Shown in pieces: positions 33,342 to 43,588 of a DNA stretch of 64,000 nucleotides. Position 1 is the first letter of the stretch. Each line of letters starts with the position of its first letter. Source of the stretch: Gammaproteobacteria bacterium (GTDB taxonomy: Bacteria; Pseudomonadota; Gammaproteobacteria; Ga0077536); the NCBI GenBank assembly GCA_963662545.2, contig CAXXLL010000003.1, positions 2,464,001 to 2,528,000 on the forward strand, read 5' to 3'. The notes below the pieces were generated by a model. It ran no database searches, was not told the DNA's origin, and saw only the letters and a program-made list of their open reading frames with translations. The translations under genes and the position numbers were made by a program.

Positions 33342-33990
33342 TTAGCGCTTCTTGCAGCTGATCGATAATCCAGCGCCGCTCGATTCATCAATTGTCGTGG
33401 CCAAATTCGGTTGGGCGTAGGCGTAATCCAGAAACGCCTGCATTCCGTCGAAACCCAGGTGCCGGACGTTGTGAGCCGTGAAACAGCCACCGACGTCGAG
33501 CTTCGGCAGGAGCACCTCCATATATCGCTTGTACCAACGCTTGTCGGCATCGCTGAATACGAAGTCAAATGGTCCCTCGAGCTGATAGACGAGCTCATGG
33601 GCATCGCCAAGCCTCGCATCGATGTAAGGTGCAACTCCGGCCTCTTTGAAATTCGCCAGTGCTTGGCGATGACGGCCTTCGTCAATTTCGATGGTTACGA
33701 GCCTGCCCCCGGTCTTGCTCAAGGCCCACGCGATCCAGATCGACGAATGCCCGGTTGAGGTGCCAATCTCCAATGCGCGTTGGAAATTATTCTCGACGAT
33801 CAGATCATGCAGCACGCGCCCGTCGCTCCATGGGATATTCCAACTCTGCCATTGGTCCCGGCGCGATTCGAGAAACTGGCCCACTCGCGTATCGAGAGCG
33901 GTCTCTTCAGCGCCCGCGCATATACTCACGACCAACGTGTTGACGAGGGCGAGTGCCGGGATTGACTTAACGAGAGTAGCATTTCGGAAT
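33342..33990 (-). CDS. Class I SAM-dependent O-methyltransferase (start uncertain)
   Basis: ALEIGTSTGHS, DFVFSDADK and TAHNV motifs. Confidence 0.85.
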
Positions 33991-34160
33991 ATCGGTCTGT
34001 CCTCCCTGCGGCCCGAGTGAAAAAGGCATGTTGGGATGATTTCGATTTGGAAGGCGTCCTTAGACCCATACAGAAATACCCCAATCCCCAGCATATTATT
34101 AGACAACGCTCCACGAATTAGATACACCAATGTCTCTGTCGTCCCTAACTCATCGTGAAA

Positions 34161-34206
34161 TGGTGGCCAGGGACAGAATCGAACTGTCGACACAGGGATT
34201 TTCAGT
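34161..34206 (-). tRNA. tRNA-Phe(GAA) 3' fragment (att scar)
   Basis: Minus strand ACTGAAAATCCCTGTGTCGACAGTTCGATTCTGTCCCTGGCCACCA; the 5' half is absent. Confidence 0.88.
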
Positions 34207-34624
34207 GATGCTCGGTCGAAATGCTGGAAAATGCTAGGTAATCAAATCAACGTGTTGGATTCAGATTCTTAACCCAGTGGATCACCTAAGTTCACGTTAA
34301 TTTATGGTGGTTTGGAAACAAATTGGAAACGAGTAGCGAAAGAACATGGGATTTATTTGTCCCAATTCGTGAATTGCCACTTTAGCCGCTCAACGGTATG
34401 CCTCCATTTCTGCGTGGTCGGCTGGCATACGGTGTTACCTCTACTATTGATCATGTACGCGATCAGACGAAGACCGAATAGGACATGGCCGTCTTGCAGA
34501 ACTCCTGGCTTAGAACGATATCGCGGTCAAGAGTCGATAAAAAAGAAGGTGCGCGGTCGAGATCTGCCAATGAACATTTGCATTAATCTCTAAGCAGTGC
34601 GTGGCTGAATTTCGGATCTCAAAA

Positions 34625-34754
34625 TCAAGGTTTCAAATTTATTGGGTTGAAGTGATGAGTGCCATCACGATGCAGCTGTTCGATTAATCCAAACTCCCAA
34701 TCGAGATATGCTTGCATCGCCTCCGGCGCTACGTCCATGCCCTCGTACGGCCGT
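34625..34754 (-). pseudogene. Multi-rhodanese sulfurtransferase C-terminal fragment
   Basis: RPYEG...EAMQAYLDWEFGLIEQLHRDGTHHF; starts exactly at the oriIS-like end. Confidence 0.65.
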
Positions 34755-36640
34755 GTATAGATAGCATAAACCACGTGTTGTGTGGCTCGCAGCGGGCAGT
34801 CTTGCCTGATCGGCGTCGGTACCTGCCGTCGGCAGACCACGCCGGCTCGCCCATCAGCGTGCAGATTGGCATCTCGCGCCCCGAAACCGCCCAACGACGG
34901 CCTCGCCGACACACTTCTCCGCCTCCCGCCGGTTTCTCGCACAGACGACGTCTTTGCCGCGCCGCTGACGGCACAGCCCAGTTGAGGTCATCGTGGGGTT
35001 AGCCCGTGTCGTCGAACAGCCCCCGCAGCGGTGGCGCTCGGCACGGCGGTCGTCGGGTGGCTTCAGGCTCACCCCCTTTCACATCCAGATGGGTGAGGAT
35101 CTTCTCGATGACGTCCGGATCCTCGATGCACGCGATGATCCGCACCGCCCCGCCGCACGCCAGGCAGGTCTCGATGTCGATGCCGAAGACCCGCTTCAGG
35201 CGTTGTGCCCAAGTCATCGCAGCGCGGCGTTCGGCGGGCGTGGGCTCCTCCAGATCCGCTGTCGTGGCATGTTGGCCTCCCTTGCCCCGCTTGGCCGGTG
35301 TCACTTGCGCGCGATACTTGCTGTTCGGCGCGAAGACCCCGTGGAAGCGCGTGAGGTTCACCCGCGGCTTGGGCACCAGGGCGGCCAGGCGGGCGATGAA
35401 GTCGATCGGCTCGAATATGATATGCGTCGTGCCGTCACGGTACGGGGTCTTCAGCTGGTATCGGACGTTTCCATTCGGCGTGAGCGACAGTCGCTTTTCC
35501 GCGATCGCCGGCCGACTGATGTATCGACACAGCCGCTCAAGCTTCTGGCGTTCATCCGCCCGCGCCGCCACGCCGGCGTGCAGCGAGAATCCGGCGACCT
35601 TGCCCACCCCGTCATCGAACCGATCGTCGCAACCCGGCAGCGTCTGCAGTGTGAAAACCTTGCGGCCCCGATGTGGACCGAAGGCAATGCGGTACGTGAT
35701 CGACGAACCCAGCAGCTGTTCCATCGGGCCGGCCTCGAAGTCATCGCCGGCCAGGTAGCTGTTCTCCGCATCGCGCTCCAGTAACCCCTGTCGCTCAAGA
35801 TACCGGACGATGCGCCGCGCCAGGGTCTGGGTCAGCTGGGTGAGCTCAGCACTCGTTGGCGCCTTCACCCGGCGGAAGCGCAGTGAACCATCGCGACGCG
35901 CGACGTACACCCCGTCCAGGAACAGCATGTGGAAGTGGACGTTGAGGTTCAGGGCGCTACCAAAACGCTGGATCAAGGTGACCGCACCGGTCTGGGCCGT
36001 CTTACGGGAAAAGCCGGCCTCCTTGATTAGATGCGTGGCGATGCAGCGGTAGACGATGCCGAGCACCCCGCCCATGACCTCGGGGCGGCTCGCGAACAGG
36101 AAGCGTAACGGGTACGGAACACTCAGCACCCACTGGCGTACCGGCTGTTCGGGAAACACCTCGTCGACCAGCAGCGCCGCGCTCTCGGCCATGCGTCGGG
36201 CTCCGCAACTGGGGCAGAAACCGCGGCGTTTGCAGCTGAACGCCACCAGATGCTCGGCATGGCAACTGTCGCAACGCACCCGTAGGAAACCATGCTCGAG
36301 GCGGCCGCACGCGAGGTAGGCCTCGAACTCCTGCTCGACGTACGCCGGCAAAGTCGAACTCCGCGCCGCGAGATGCGCCTTGAGCGCCGGATAGTATTCT
36401 TCAGTGAGTTGATAAAGGAGGGTGCGCTCCGGGCGGTGGCGCGCGTAGACCGGCGCAGCAACGCCCGCACTGGCTTCCCTGCCAGCTCGCAATGGCAACA
36501 TGATCGCGTCCTTGCGAAGTCGTCTTGCGACGTAGCCTAACAGGCGCGGTCATCGCCGTCACCGGACACTCATGGGACACTTGACCACAACTAACAGGGA
36601 ATAATGGCGACAAGTGACAACAAACGTAGATCGCTAAACC
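34755..36640 (-). mobile_element. IS91/ISCR element with intact transposase
   Basis: oriIS-like GTGGTTTATGCTATCTATAC ends at 34755; the upstream boundary is approximate. Confidence 0.8.
34999..36501 (-). CDS. IS91 family (ISCR-type) rolling-circle transposase
   Basis: 500 aa; [10 protein letters not shown] Zn motif, HFH HUH motif, RLCRY single-Tyr motif. Confidence 0.95.
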   Translation of the reverse strand: MLPLRAGREASAGVAAPVYARHRPERTLLYQLTEEYYPALKAHLAARSSTLPAYVEQEFEAYLACGRLEHGFLRVRCDSCHAEHLVAFSCKRRGFCPSCGARRMAESAALLVDEVFPEQPVRQWVLSVPYPLRFLFASRPEVMGGVLGIVYRCIATHLIKEAGFSRKTAQTGAVTLIQRFGSALNLNVHFHMLFLDGVYVARRDGSLRFRRVKAPTSAELTQLTQTLARRIVRYLERQGLLERDAENSYLAGDDFEAGPMEQLLGSSITYRIAFGPHRGRKVFTLQTLPGCDDRFDDGVGKVAGFSLHAGVAARADERQKLERLCRYISRPAIAEKRLSLTPNGNVRYQLKTPYRDGTTHIIFEPIDFIARLAALVPKPRVNLTRFHGVFAPNSKYRAQVTPAKRGKGGQHATTADLEEPTPAERRAAMTWAQRLKRVFGIDIETCLACGGAVRIIACIEDPDVIEKILTHLDVKGGEPEATRRPPCRAPPLRGLFDDTG

Positions 36641-36647
36641 TCTGTTC

Positions 36648-37163
36648 GGTGTTGTCACATTAACCGGCGATTAGGCACAGTGACGGGATGAAAGCGCCCA
36701 ACAGTCAAAATCACCGCCACCGCTTCCCCTCGGAAATCATCCAATACGCCGTCTGGCTCTATCATCGCTTCAGTTTAAGCCTGCGTGATATCGAAGATTT
36801 GCTCGCGGAGCGAGGGATCGAGGTGTCCCATGAGACAGTTCGTCGCTGGTGCACGAAGTTTGGAACCAGATATGCATCCCGGTTAAGAAAACGCAGCAAC
36901 GGATATGGCGGTACCTGGTACATCGATGAGGTGTTCGTCCGGATTGAGGGCAAGCAACGATATCTATACAGAGCCGTCGACCAGGACGGGGACGTCATTG
37001 ATATTCTTGTGCAAAAGAAGCGTGATGCTCGCTCAGCAAAGAAATTCTTCCGCAGGCTAGTTAAGCGGCATGGGGGGACACCAAGGGTACTCGTCACCGA
37101 TAAATTGAGAAGCTATCCACCTGCCGCTAAAGACGTCATGCCCGACTCAACTCACCTCACTGA
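36648..37163 (+). mobile_element. IS6 family element, 3'-truncated
   Basis: HRFPSEIIQYAVWLY, WYIDEVF, YRAVDQDG and VTDKLRSY motifs. Confidence 0.9.
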
Positions 37164-37164
37164 G

Positions 37165-38186
37165 CAAGCCGACGTGTTCGTCCACACCACATCTTCGAGC
37201 CGGAGGCGGCGATCGCGGAGCTACCGGAGCTCGCCGCCGCCGGCCAGCCGTCGATCAAGGTCTTCATGCCGTTCGAGCCGTTCGACGCGGAGATGCCCGG
37301 TTTCCTGCGACTCCTGCGTGGCGCGCGAGACGCGGGAATCCTCGTCGCGATCCACTGCGATGACGCGGCCGCGCTCGAGTTCGCGGCGCAGGAGCTGACG
37401 GGCGCCGGCAAGACCTCGCTCGCACACTACCCAGAGAGCCGCCCCATCATCTCCGAGGTCGTCGCGACGGAACGTGCCCTGGCGATGGCGGAGATCACGG
37501 GGGCGCCGATCTACATCGTCCACCTGTCGGCCGCCAGGGCCCTCGCGGCGGCCGAGGCGGCGCGGTCGCGGTTTCCTGTGTTCGTCGAGACGCGTCCCCT
37601 GTACCTCCACTTCACGGAGGCGAACTACCGCCGGGCCGACGGAGCACTCTTCGTCGGAATGCCACCGATTCGAGGAGCGGACGATCGGGAGGCCATGTGG
37701 GAGGGGCTCGCACGCGGGGCAATCGCCACGCTTGCCACCGACCACGCTCCTTGGACCCGCGAGGAAAAGCTCGACCCGCAACAGACCATCACTTCATTTC
37801 GCCCCGGCGTGAACAATCTCCAGGTAATGCTGCCCATGCTCTTCTCCGAAGGAGTCCACGGGGGAAAGATCTCGCTGCAACGCTTCGTCGAGGTGTCCTC
37901 CACCAACGCGGCAAAGCTCTTCGGGCTATACCCTCGCAAGGGCACCATCGCGCCCGGTTCCGACGCCGACCTCGTGATTTGGGATCCGGACGAGAGAAGA
38001 ACCATCGCCGACTCGGACGTCCTCTCGAAGACCGGGTTCTCGATCTACGCCGGGACGGAGGTCACCGGGTGGCCGCAGATCACGATTCGGCGGGGCGAGG
38101 TGGTCTACGAGGGAGGAGAAGTCGACGCCGAGAAGGGCTCAGGTCGGATCATCTCGCGTTCTCGATTCAAGATCCCTGTCGGTTAG
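37165..38186 (+). pseudogene. Dihydropyrimidinase/hydantoinase, 5'-truncated
   Basis: IKVFM, AIHCDD, YIVHLS, ATDHAP, GLYPRKGTIAPGSDADLVIWD; lacks the N-terminal HxH motif. Confidence 0.88.
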
Positions 38187-38262
38187 ACAGCCGCCAAGTA
38201 CGAGCCGCTCGGCGAGGCAGAATTGCTGAGCCCCGATTCGCCGAATCCGATAGGGTGGATCG

Positions 38263-38500
38263 ATGGGTCGTCAGGGGATCTACCGCTATCTGTTCCTCAG
38301 CAGCGCGCTGGTGGCGCTAGCGGGGCTGCTCGGTTTGCAAGTTCCCGACCCCTCGCTCGTCGGGATCACCGAGGAGCCGTCCCGGATTCTGTTCTACGCG
38401 CTTTCGGCGGTACTGCTGTTGCTCGGGGGACTGACGGCGTCCTTCAGCGGGTCGCTCTTGTGGCTAGCCCGTCGGCGTTCCGGCCCGAGAGCAGACCGAG
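38263..38500 (+). CDS. Small membrane protein (probably truncated)
   Basis: Two hydrophobic segments; overlaps the cupin remnant. Confidence 0.35.
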
Positions 38501-38813
38501 CCATGCTGATCCTTGCCAGCGCCGTGGACGGCGCCCGCAGCTTCGTAGAGGTACCCCGGGGGCCGTGAAGGTTCCGCCGCCCGTCGTCTCTTGGATGACG
38601 CCTTCGAATACGTAGCCCTCCGCTGGGCCGTGGTGCACGTGCGGCGCAAACGTGGATCCCGCCGGACACCGAAACAGAACCGTCCACGAGCCAATCTCTG
38701 GCGAAACGTGCAGCAGTTTCCACTGCACGCCCCCCGTCTGAAATTCCTCGGGGAAATCCTCCCACTCGATCAGGTCGGTCTGCAGGAACTCGCCCTGCAC
38801 TCTGCTCTTCATT
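38500..38813 (-). pseudogene. Cupin (2,4'-dihydroxyacetophenone dioxygenase/ChrR-like), disrupted
   Basis: FAPHVHHGPAEGY; near-identical in protein to 53618-54064; frameshifted and truncated. Confidence 0.8.
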
Positions 38814-38949
38814 GCGCTTGACTCCTCGGATTTTGGGTGGGTTAGCAGTCGCGGCCCTAGCCGGTCTAACCACGCGCCGGATAAGGGTACCACCAGCTCT
38901 AGATCGCGCGTGGCGCGGTAGCGCTTCTCGGGAAAGCCGGTACGTGAGT

Positions 38950-39030
38950 CGCGCCCCGGCCCACAGACCAATCGATAGGACGGGAAGGGCCATTGTCAGA
39001 ACCCGAAAAAACCTCTTAAACTCCCTATCC
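38950..39030 (+). repeat. ~80-bp direct repeat with oriIS-like end, copy 1
   Basis: Matches 39921-40000; ends CTCTTAAACTCCCTATCC. Confidence 0.85.
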
Positions 39031-39057
39031 GCGTGTCGCCAAACGAAGGAGAGCATC

Positions 39058-39888
39058 ATGCCCAAGGTCGAGGCCAACGGGATCAACATCTATTACGAGT
39101 TCATGGGCGAGGGCGAGCCGCTCGCTCTGATCGGCGGCTCGCTCTTCGGGCGGCAGAATTTCGGCTTGGTCTGGGAAGGGCTCGCCAAGGAGTTCAAGCT
39201 GATTAGCTACGATCAGCGGGGCTACGGTCAATCGGATCGCCCGCTCATGCAGTATGACCTCGATCTCTGGGCGGACGATCTGGCGGCACTCCTCGATGCG
39301 CTCGACATCGATCGGGCCCATGTCATGGGCACCTCCGCAGGCGGCATGATCGCGCTCAAATTCGCGGCGAAATATCCGGATCGCTGCATCGGCGTGGTCA
39401 GCGATTGCGCTTTCGCGAAGTGCGACACCATGCGGCGGATCATGTTCCGCACCTGGCGCCATATGGCCCAGACCTGGGGTTGCGGGCCGGAGTTCGCCGA
39501 TCATGTCGTGACTCAGGCGGTCGGTGCCGACTATCTCGATGGCCCGGAAGGGCCCGGCCTGATCGAGATGGTGCGCACGGTGGTCGGGCTCAACTCGGTC
39601 GAGACGGTGGTACAGGCCTGCCTGGCAATGGAGAAAATGGACCTCCGCGAGGACTGCAAGAAGATCAAGAATCCGACGCTTGTGATCACCGCGGCCAAGG
39701 ACATGCTAACCCCGATCCACACCGGCCCGGACGGCGCCGGCGCGCAATGGGTGGTCGACAACGTCCCGGGCTGCGAGGTGATCGTCTACGAGGACATCGG
39801 CCACGCGGACTTGGTGGAGTGTCCGGACAAAACCATCGCGTCGACCATCAAATTCCTGCGCGGCGCGAGGAACAAGCTCGCGGCATAG
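39058..39888 (+). CDS. Alpha/beta hydrolase
   Basis: RBS AAGGAG; YDQRGYG, GTSAGG and IGHADL motifs. Confidence 0.92.
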   Translation: MPKVEANGINIYYEFMGEGEPLALIGGSLFGRQNFGLVWEGLAKEFKLISYDQRGYGQSDRPLMQYDLDLWADDLAALLDALDIDRAHVMGTSAGGMIALKFAAKYPDRCIGVVSDCAFAKCDTMRRIMFRTWRHMAQTWGCGPEFADHVVTQAVGADYLDGPEGPGLIEMVRTVVGLNSVETVVQACLAMEKMDLREDCKKIKNPTLVITAAKDMLTPIHTGPDGAGAQWVVDNVPGCEVIVYEDIGHADLVECPDKTIASTIKFLRGARNKLAA

Positions 39889-39920
39889 TCCAGCTCGGCA
39901 TGGCTGTGCTAGATAAGGGC

Positions 39921-40000
39921 CGCGCCCCGGCCCTCAGACCAATCGATGGGACGGGAAGGGCCATTGTCAGAACCGAAAGAACCTCTTGAATGCCCTATCC
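39921..40000 (+). repeat. ~80-bp direct repeat with oriIS-like end, copy 2
   Basis: Matches 38950-39030; ends CTCTTGAATGCCCTATCC. Confidence 0.85.
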
Positions 40001-40300
40001 TCGCGTGACTGCGCTCGATACTTCCTCGACCGTATTCTGGCGCCCGCGCTCCGAGGCTCTTGGAATCTCACCAGGGACTCGAGGTACGCGGGAGTCGGAT
40101 TCGCGGCTGTTTGAACTCTCACGGGGTGAGGCGGACATTGCGGTTCGAACTGCACAGCCGAACCACCCGGGATGGTCGCCCGATCCATGGCATTCAGCCC
40201 ACCGTTTTGTGTCAGGCGGTCGGTCAGACCTGGTCGGATCACCTTCCGTTGATTGCGCTGGGGAGTGCGGCAGAAGCAGTGATCAGCCATCGGATGATAT

Positions 40301-40371
40301 TACTCCGGGCATCCTGCCCTCTGCCCTTCGGGCCAGCCTTTGGCTGTTCAAAATCGCTCCCGACGATTTTG
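40301..40371 (+). repeat. 71-bp multi-hairpin insertion element, copy 4
   Basis: Close to copy 1 in sequence; removal restores IF-EPLDF. Confidence 0.85.
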
Positions 40372-40629
40372 TCGAGCCGCTGGACTTCATCGCCAGACTC
40401 GTCGCGCGGGTGCCCAAGCCCCGGGTTAACCTAACCCGCTTCCACGCCGCCAGGTAATCTACTTGGGCCCCCAACAGCGCGCATCGTGCGCGGGTGACGC
40501 CTTCCAAGCGCGGCCAGGGCAACACCGCGGGCGCGTCGCATGCGACGGAAAACACCACCCCCGCTGGACGCCGGGTAGCCATGAGCTTTAAGCGCAACGC
40601 CTCAAACGCGTGTTCAACATTGATATTGA

Positions 40630-40704
40630 CAAATCGGCAGGAAAGCCGATTTGCACAGTCGTAGACTGCCGCGAAGCGGGCGGGCACAGGGATGTGCCCG
40701 ATGA
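40630..40704 (-). repeat. 75-bp multi-hairpin insertion element, copy 5 (inverted)
   Basis: Removal restores FNIDI-ETC; same four-stem layout on the minus strand. Confidence 0.82.
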
Positions 40705-41146
40705 GACCTGCAAGCGCTGCCGCGGCCACGTCAAGATCATCGCTTGCATTGAAGACCCTGTGGTGATCGAGAACATACTGACCCACCTGGCACGCAAAGA
40801 CGCTTGCCATGCCGCCCGACGTTGACCACCGTCTCGGGCGCCACCCCAGGCCAGCTTGTTTGCCGGATAGACGTGCAACCACGCGAGTAAGACCAGCGGC
40901 TGCCACCGCGAGGACGCAGCACGAGTGCATGGATCCAAGCGGTAGCGCAACGCATGCAGCGGTTGCCGAGGGTCGCCGTCGTGCCACCGGTCGGAACCGT
41001 CGAAACATTGCCCTGAAGTGCGCGATCTCTCCGGGCTCAAGCGCGCATTTCAGGCCAGCACCGCGTCGAAACGCCGGTTGACCACAGTTTGATGGTATGA
41101 CGATACTCAATGCCATCGCGGGAAAGGGCATTTGTTCGTCTTATAC

Positions 41147-41308
41147 TTCGTCGAACGCTTCACGGTGATCGGTGAAGGGACGCAGCTCAAATACGATATT
41201 GAGATATCGGACCCGGTGAATCTGGCGGAGCCGGTCTCGGCGGAGGCCTACGTCGTTTGGGAAACGTTACCCGGAATCACTGTCCAGCCGTTCGAATGCG
41301 CAGCGTGA
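41147..41308 (+). pseudogene. C-terminal fragment of a hypothetical protein
   Basis: VERFT...LKYDIEISDPVNLAEP...PFEC; starts at the oriIS-like end. Confidence 0.5.
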
Positions 41309-41420
41309 ACGCCAGAGTACTCACAATCGGTGCAGGCGCGAGTGGACTCGTCCTCGGGTAAATGCACCGAGTAACTCCGCCCGCTAGAATCGGCCCCTGG
41401 AGAACGGAGGATAGCGGCTA

Positions 41421-41882
41421 ATGGCGTTCACATTGAATATCAACGGCACCGCCCATGAGGTCGATGCCGAGCCCGAGACACCCCTGTTGTGGGTGTTGCG
41501 TGACAATATCGGTCTGACGGGCACGAAGTTCGGCTGTGGCATCGCCCAGTGCGGTACCTGCACGGTACTTATCGACGGTCAGCCCGTGCGGGCCTGCGCG
41601 ACGACGGCGGCAAGCGCGGTCGGGCGCCTGATCACCACGATCGAGGGTCTGTCGGACGACAACAGCCATCCGATTCAGCAGGCCTGGATCGAGGACACGG
41701 TGCCACAGTGCGGCTACTGCCAGTCGGGACAGATCATGTCGGCCGCGGCACTTCTGGAGCGGACGCCCGATCCGACCGACAGCGAGATCGACTCCGCGAT
41801 GGCTGGCAATCTCTGTCGCTGCGGCACTTACAACCGAATCCGGCGGGCGATCCATCGCGCCGCCGAGATCGCGAAGAGCTGA
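41421..41882 (+). CDS. iorA: Isoquinoline 1-oxidoreductase-like (2Fe-2S) subunit
   Basis: [23 protein letters not shown] and NLCRCG motifs. Confidence 0.92.
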   Translation: MAFTLNINGTAHEVDAEPETPLLWVLRDNIGLTGTKFGCGIAQCGTCTVLIDGQPVRACATTAASAVGRLITTIEGLSDDNSHPIQQAWIEDTVPQCGYCQSGQIMSAAALLERTPDPTDSEIDSAMAGNLCRCGTYNRIRRAIHRAAEIAKS

Positions 41883-41893
41883 GGGGGACGACC

Positions 41894-43489
41894 ATGATAG
41901 ACATGGAAATGAAACTGTCCCGCCGAACCCTGATTCGCACAATGGCGGGTGCCGCCGGAGGCATGCTGCTCGGTTTTCGCATTCCCGGTGCCTTTGCCGC
42001 GGTGGTAGCACCGAAGCCGTGGACGACGCCAACGGAAGGTGACGAGATCAACGCGTGGCTCGCGATCGATTCAGACGGTACGGTGACGATCCGTGTCCCA
42101 CACACGGAGCAGGGCCAGGGTGCCCTGACATCCGTCTCGATGATGATCGCCGAGGAGCTCGATGTCCCCTGGGAGAGCGTCCAGGCGGTTTTCGCGGACA
42201 TGAACCGCCATGTCAACGAGGGCGAGGAATATATCGTCACGACCACTTACGGCTCGCAGCTCATCCGTCAGCAGCACCCGCACATCATGCAGGCGGGGGC
42301 GTCCGCGCGTGAGCGACTGAAGGCGGCTGCGGCGCAAGCCTGGGGCGTCGAGCGATCCGCCGTGGTCGCGAAGCAAGGCATGCTCAGCGCCGGCAACCGC
42401 AGCGCCAGCTATGCGGATTTCGCCGGTGCCGCGGCCGAGATCACATTGGATCAGGAACCGGCGATCAAGCCGCCGGCTGAGTGGTGGCTCCTGGGTAAGC
42501 CAACACCGCGTCTCGACGCGGCCGTGAAGGCCAACGGCAGTGCGCATTTTTCCATCGATGCCCGACTCGAGGGGATGGTGTATGCGGCCGTGAAGAGCTG
42601 CCCCGTCCCGTGGGGCGGGCTCGAGCGCTACGACTTCAGCGCGATCGAGGATCGGCCCGGCGTCATTGCCGCCGTAGAGCTGAAAGCGATCGAAGGGAGG
42701 GATCACTTTTCCGACATGCAGAACGGCGTCGCCGTCGTGGCGGACACCTGGTATCGGGCCAAGACCGCGCTCGATCTGTTGCCCATCGAGTGGGAAGTCG
42801 GCACTGACGGCCAGGTCAGCAACGAGACACAGGCTGCGGAAGCCAGCAGGCTTCTGGAAGAAACGGGCGAGGTCAGCAATGAGGTCGGTGGCGACGCCAC
42901 CGGGATGATTGCCGCATCCGACCGCACGGTCACCGCCGAGTATCACCGGCCGTGGGAAACCCATGCGCGCATGGAGCCCATCAACGCCACGGTCAGCGTC
43001 ACGAACGAGCGGGTCGACGTGTGGTCGCCGGCCCAGGATCAGGCCGTACCGCTGAAGGTCGTGGCCGACCAGCTCGGCCGTGACACCAGGGACGTCTATG
43101 TCCACACAGGGTTTATCGGCGGTGCATTCGGCGGCAATGGCGGCGGCTCCACGGCCGTGACGCGGCAGGCCGCGGAGATTTCGCGCCAGGTCGGTCGTCC
43201 TGTCAAGGTGGTCTGGACGCGTGAAGAAGACGTCATGCAGGACAAGCAGCGACCGCCGGTCTACACGCGGCTTGCCGCCTCGCTTGGTGACAACGGCCTG
43301 CCGGACGCGTTCTTCTCGCGGGCAGTGTGGTTCAACTATGGTGGCGTGGAGCGCATCGGTCCCGCCACGGCGGACTACTCGATCGGCACGATGCCCTACG
43401 CCGTGCCGAACAGGCGGCACGAGCGTCACAATGTCGCTGCCCACATCCCGACGGCGACCCATCGTGCGCCGGGCTCGAATCAGAACGGG
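41894..43489 (+). pseudogene. iorB: Molybdopterin-binding subunit (IorB-like) truncated by IS21
   Basis: SRRTLI leader, EQGQG, HARMEP and GGAFG motifs; ends at the IS21 left end. Confidence 0.88.
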
Positions 43490-43588
43490 TGAGAACGGCG
43501 GTGACAAATTAGTCCACGGAAGCGGCGGGATTTCCCAGCCGCGGGCGGAGTAAAACTCTGCCACCTGTAGCCTTCGATCTTTTTTGAG

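Larger units (their letters stand above)
40290..41146 (+). mobile_element. IS91/ISCR 3' remnant with two hairpin inserts and oriIS-like end
   Basis: [24 protein letters not shown]...KRVFNID...[10 protein letters not shown]; ends GGGCATTTGTTCGTCTTATAC. Confidence 0.88.

Noticed and set aside
33990-34193. Long N-terminal extension of the methyltransferase ORF
   Set aside because: It runs through the tRNA-Phe fragment and low-GC DNA, so the start is spurious
42071-43564. 497-aa antisense ORF (and similar ones at 7350-8399 and 34993-35784)
   Set aside because: Shadow frames of GC-rich real genes on the opposite strand
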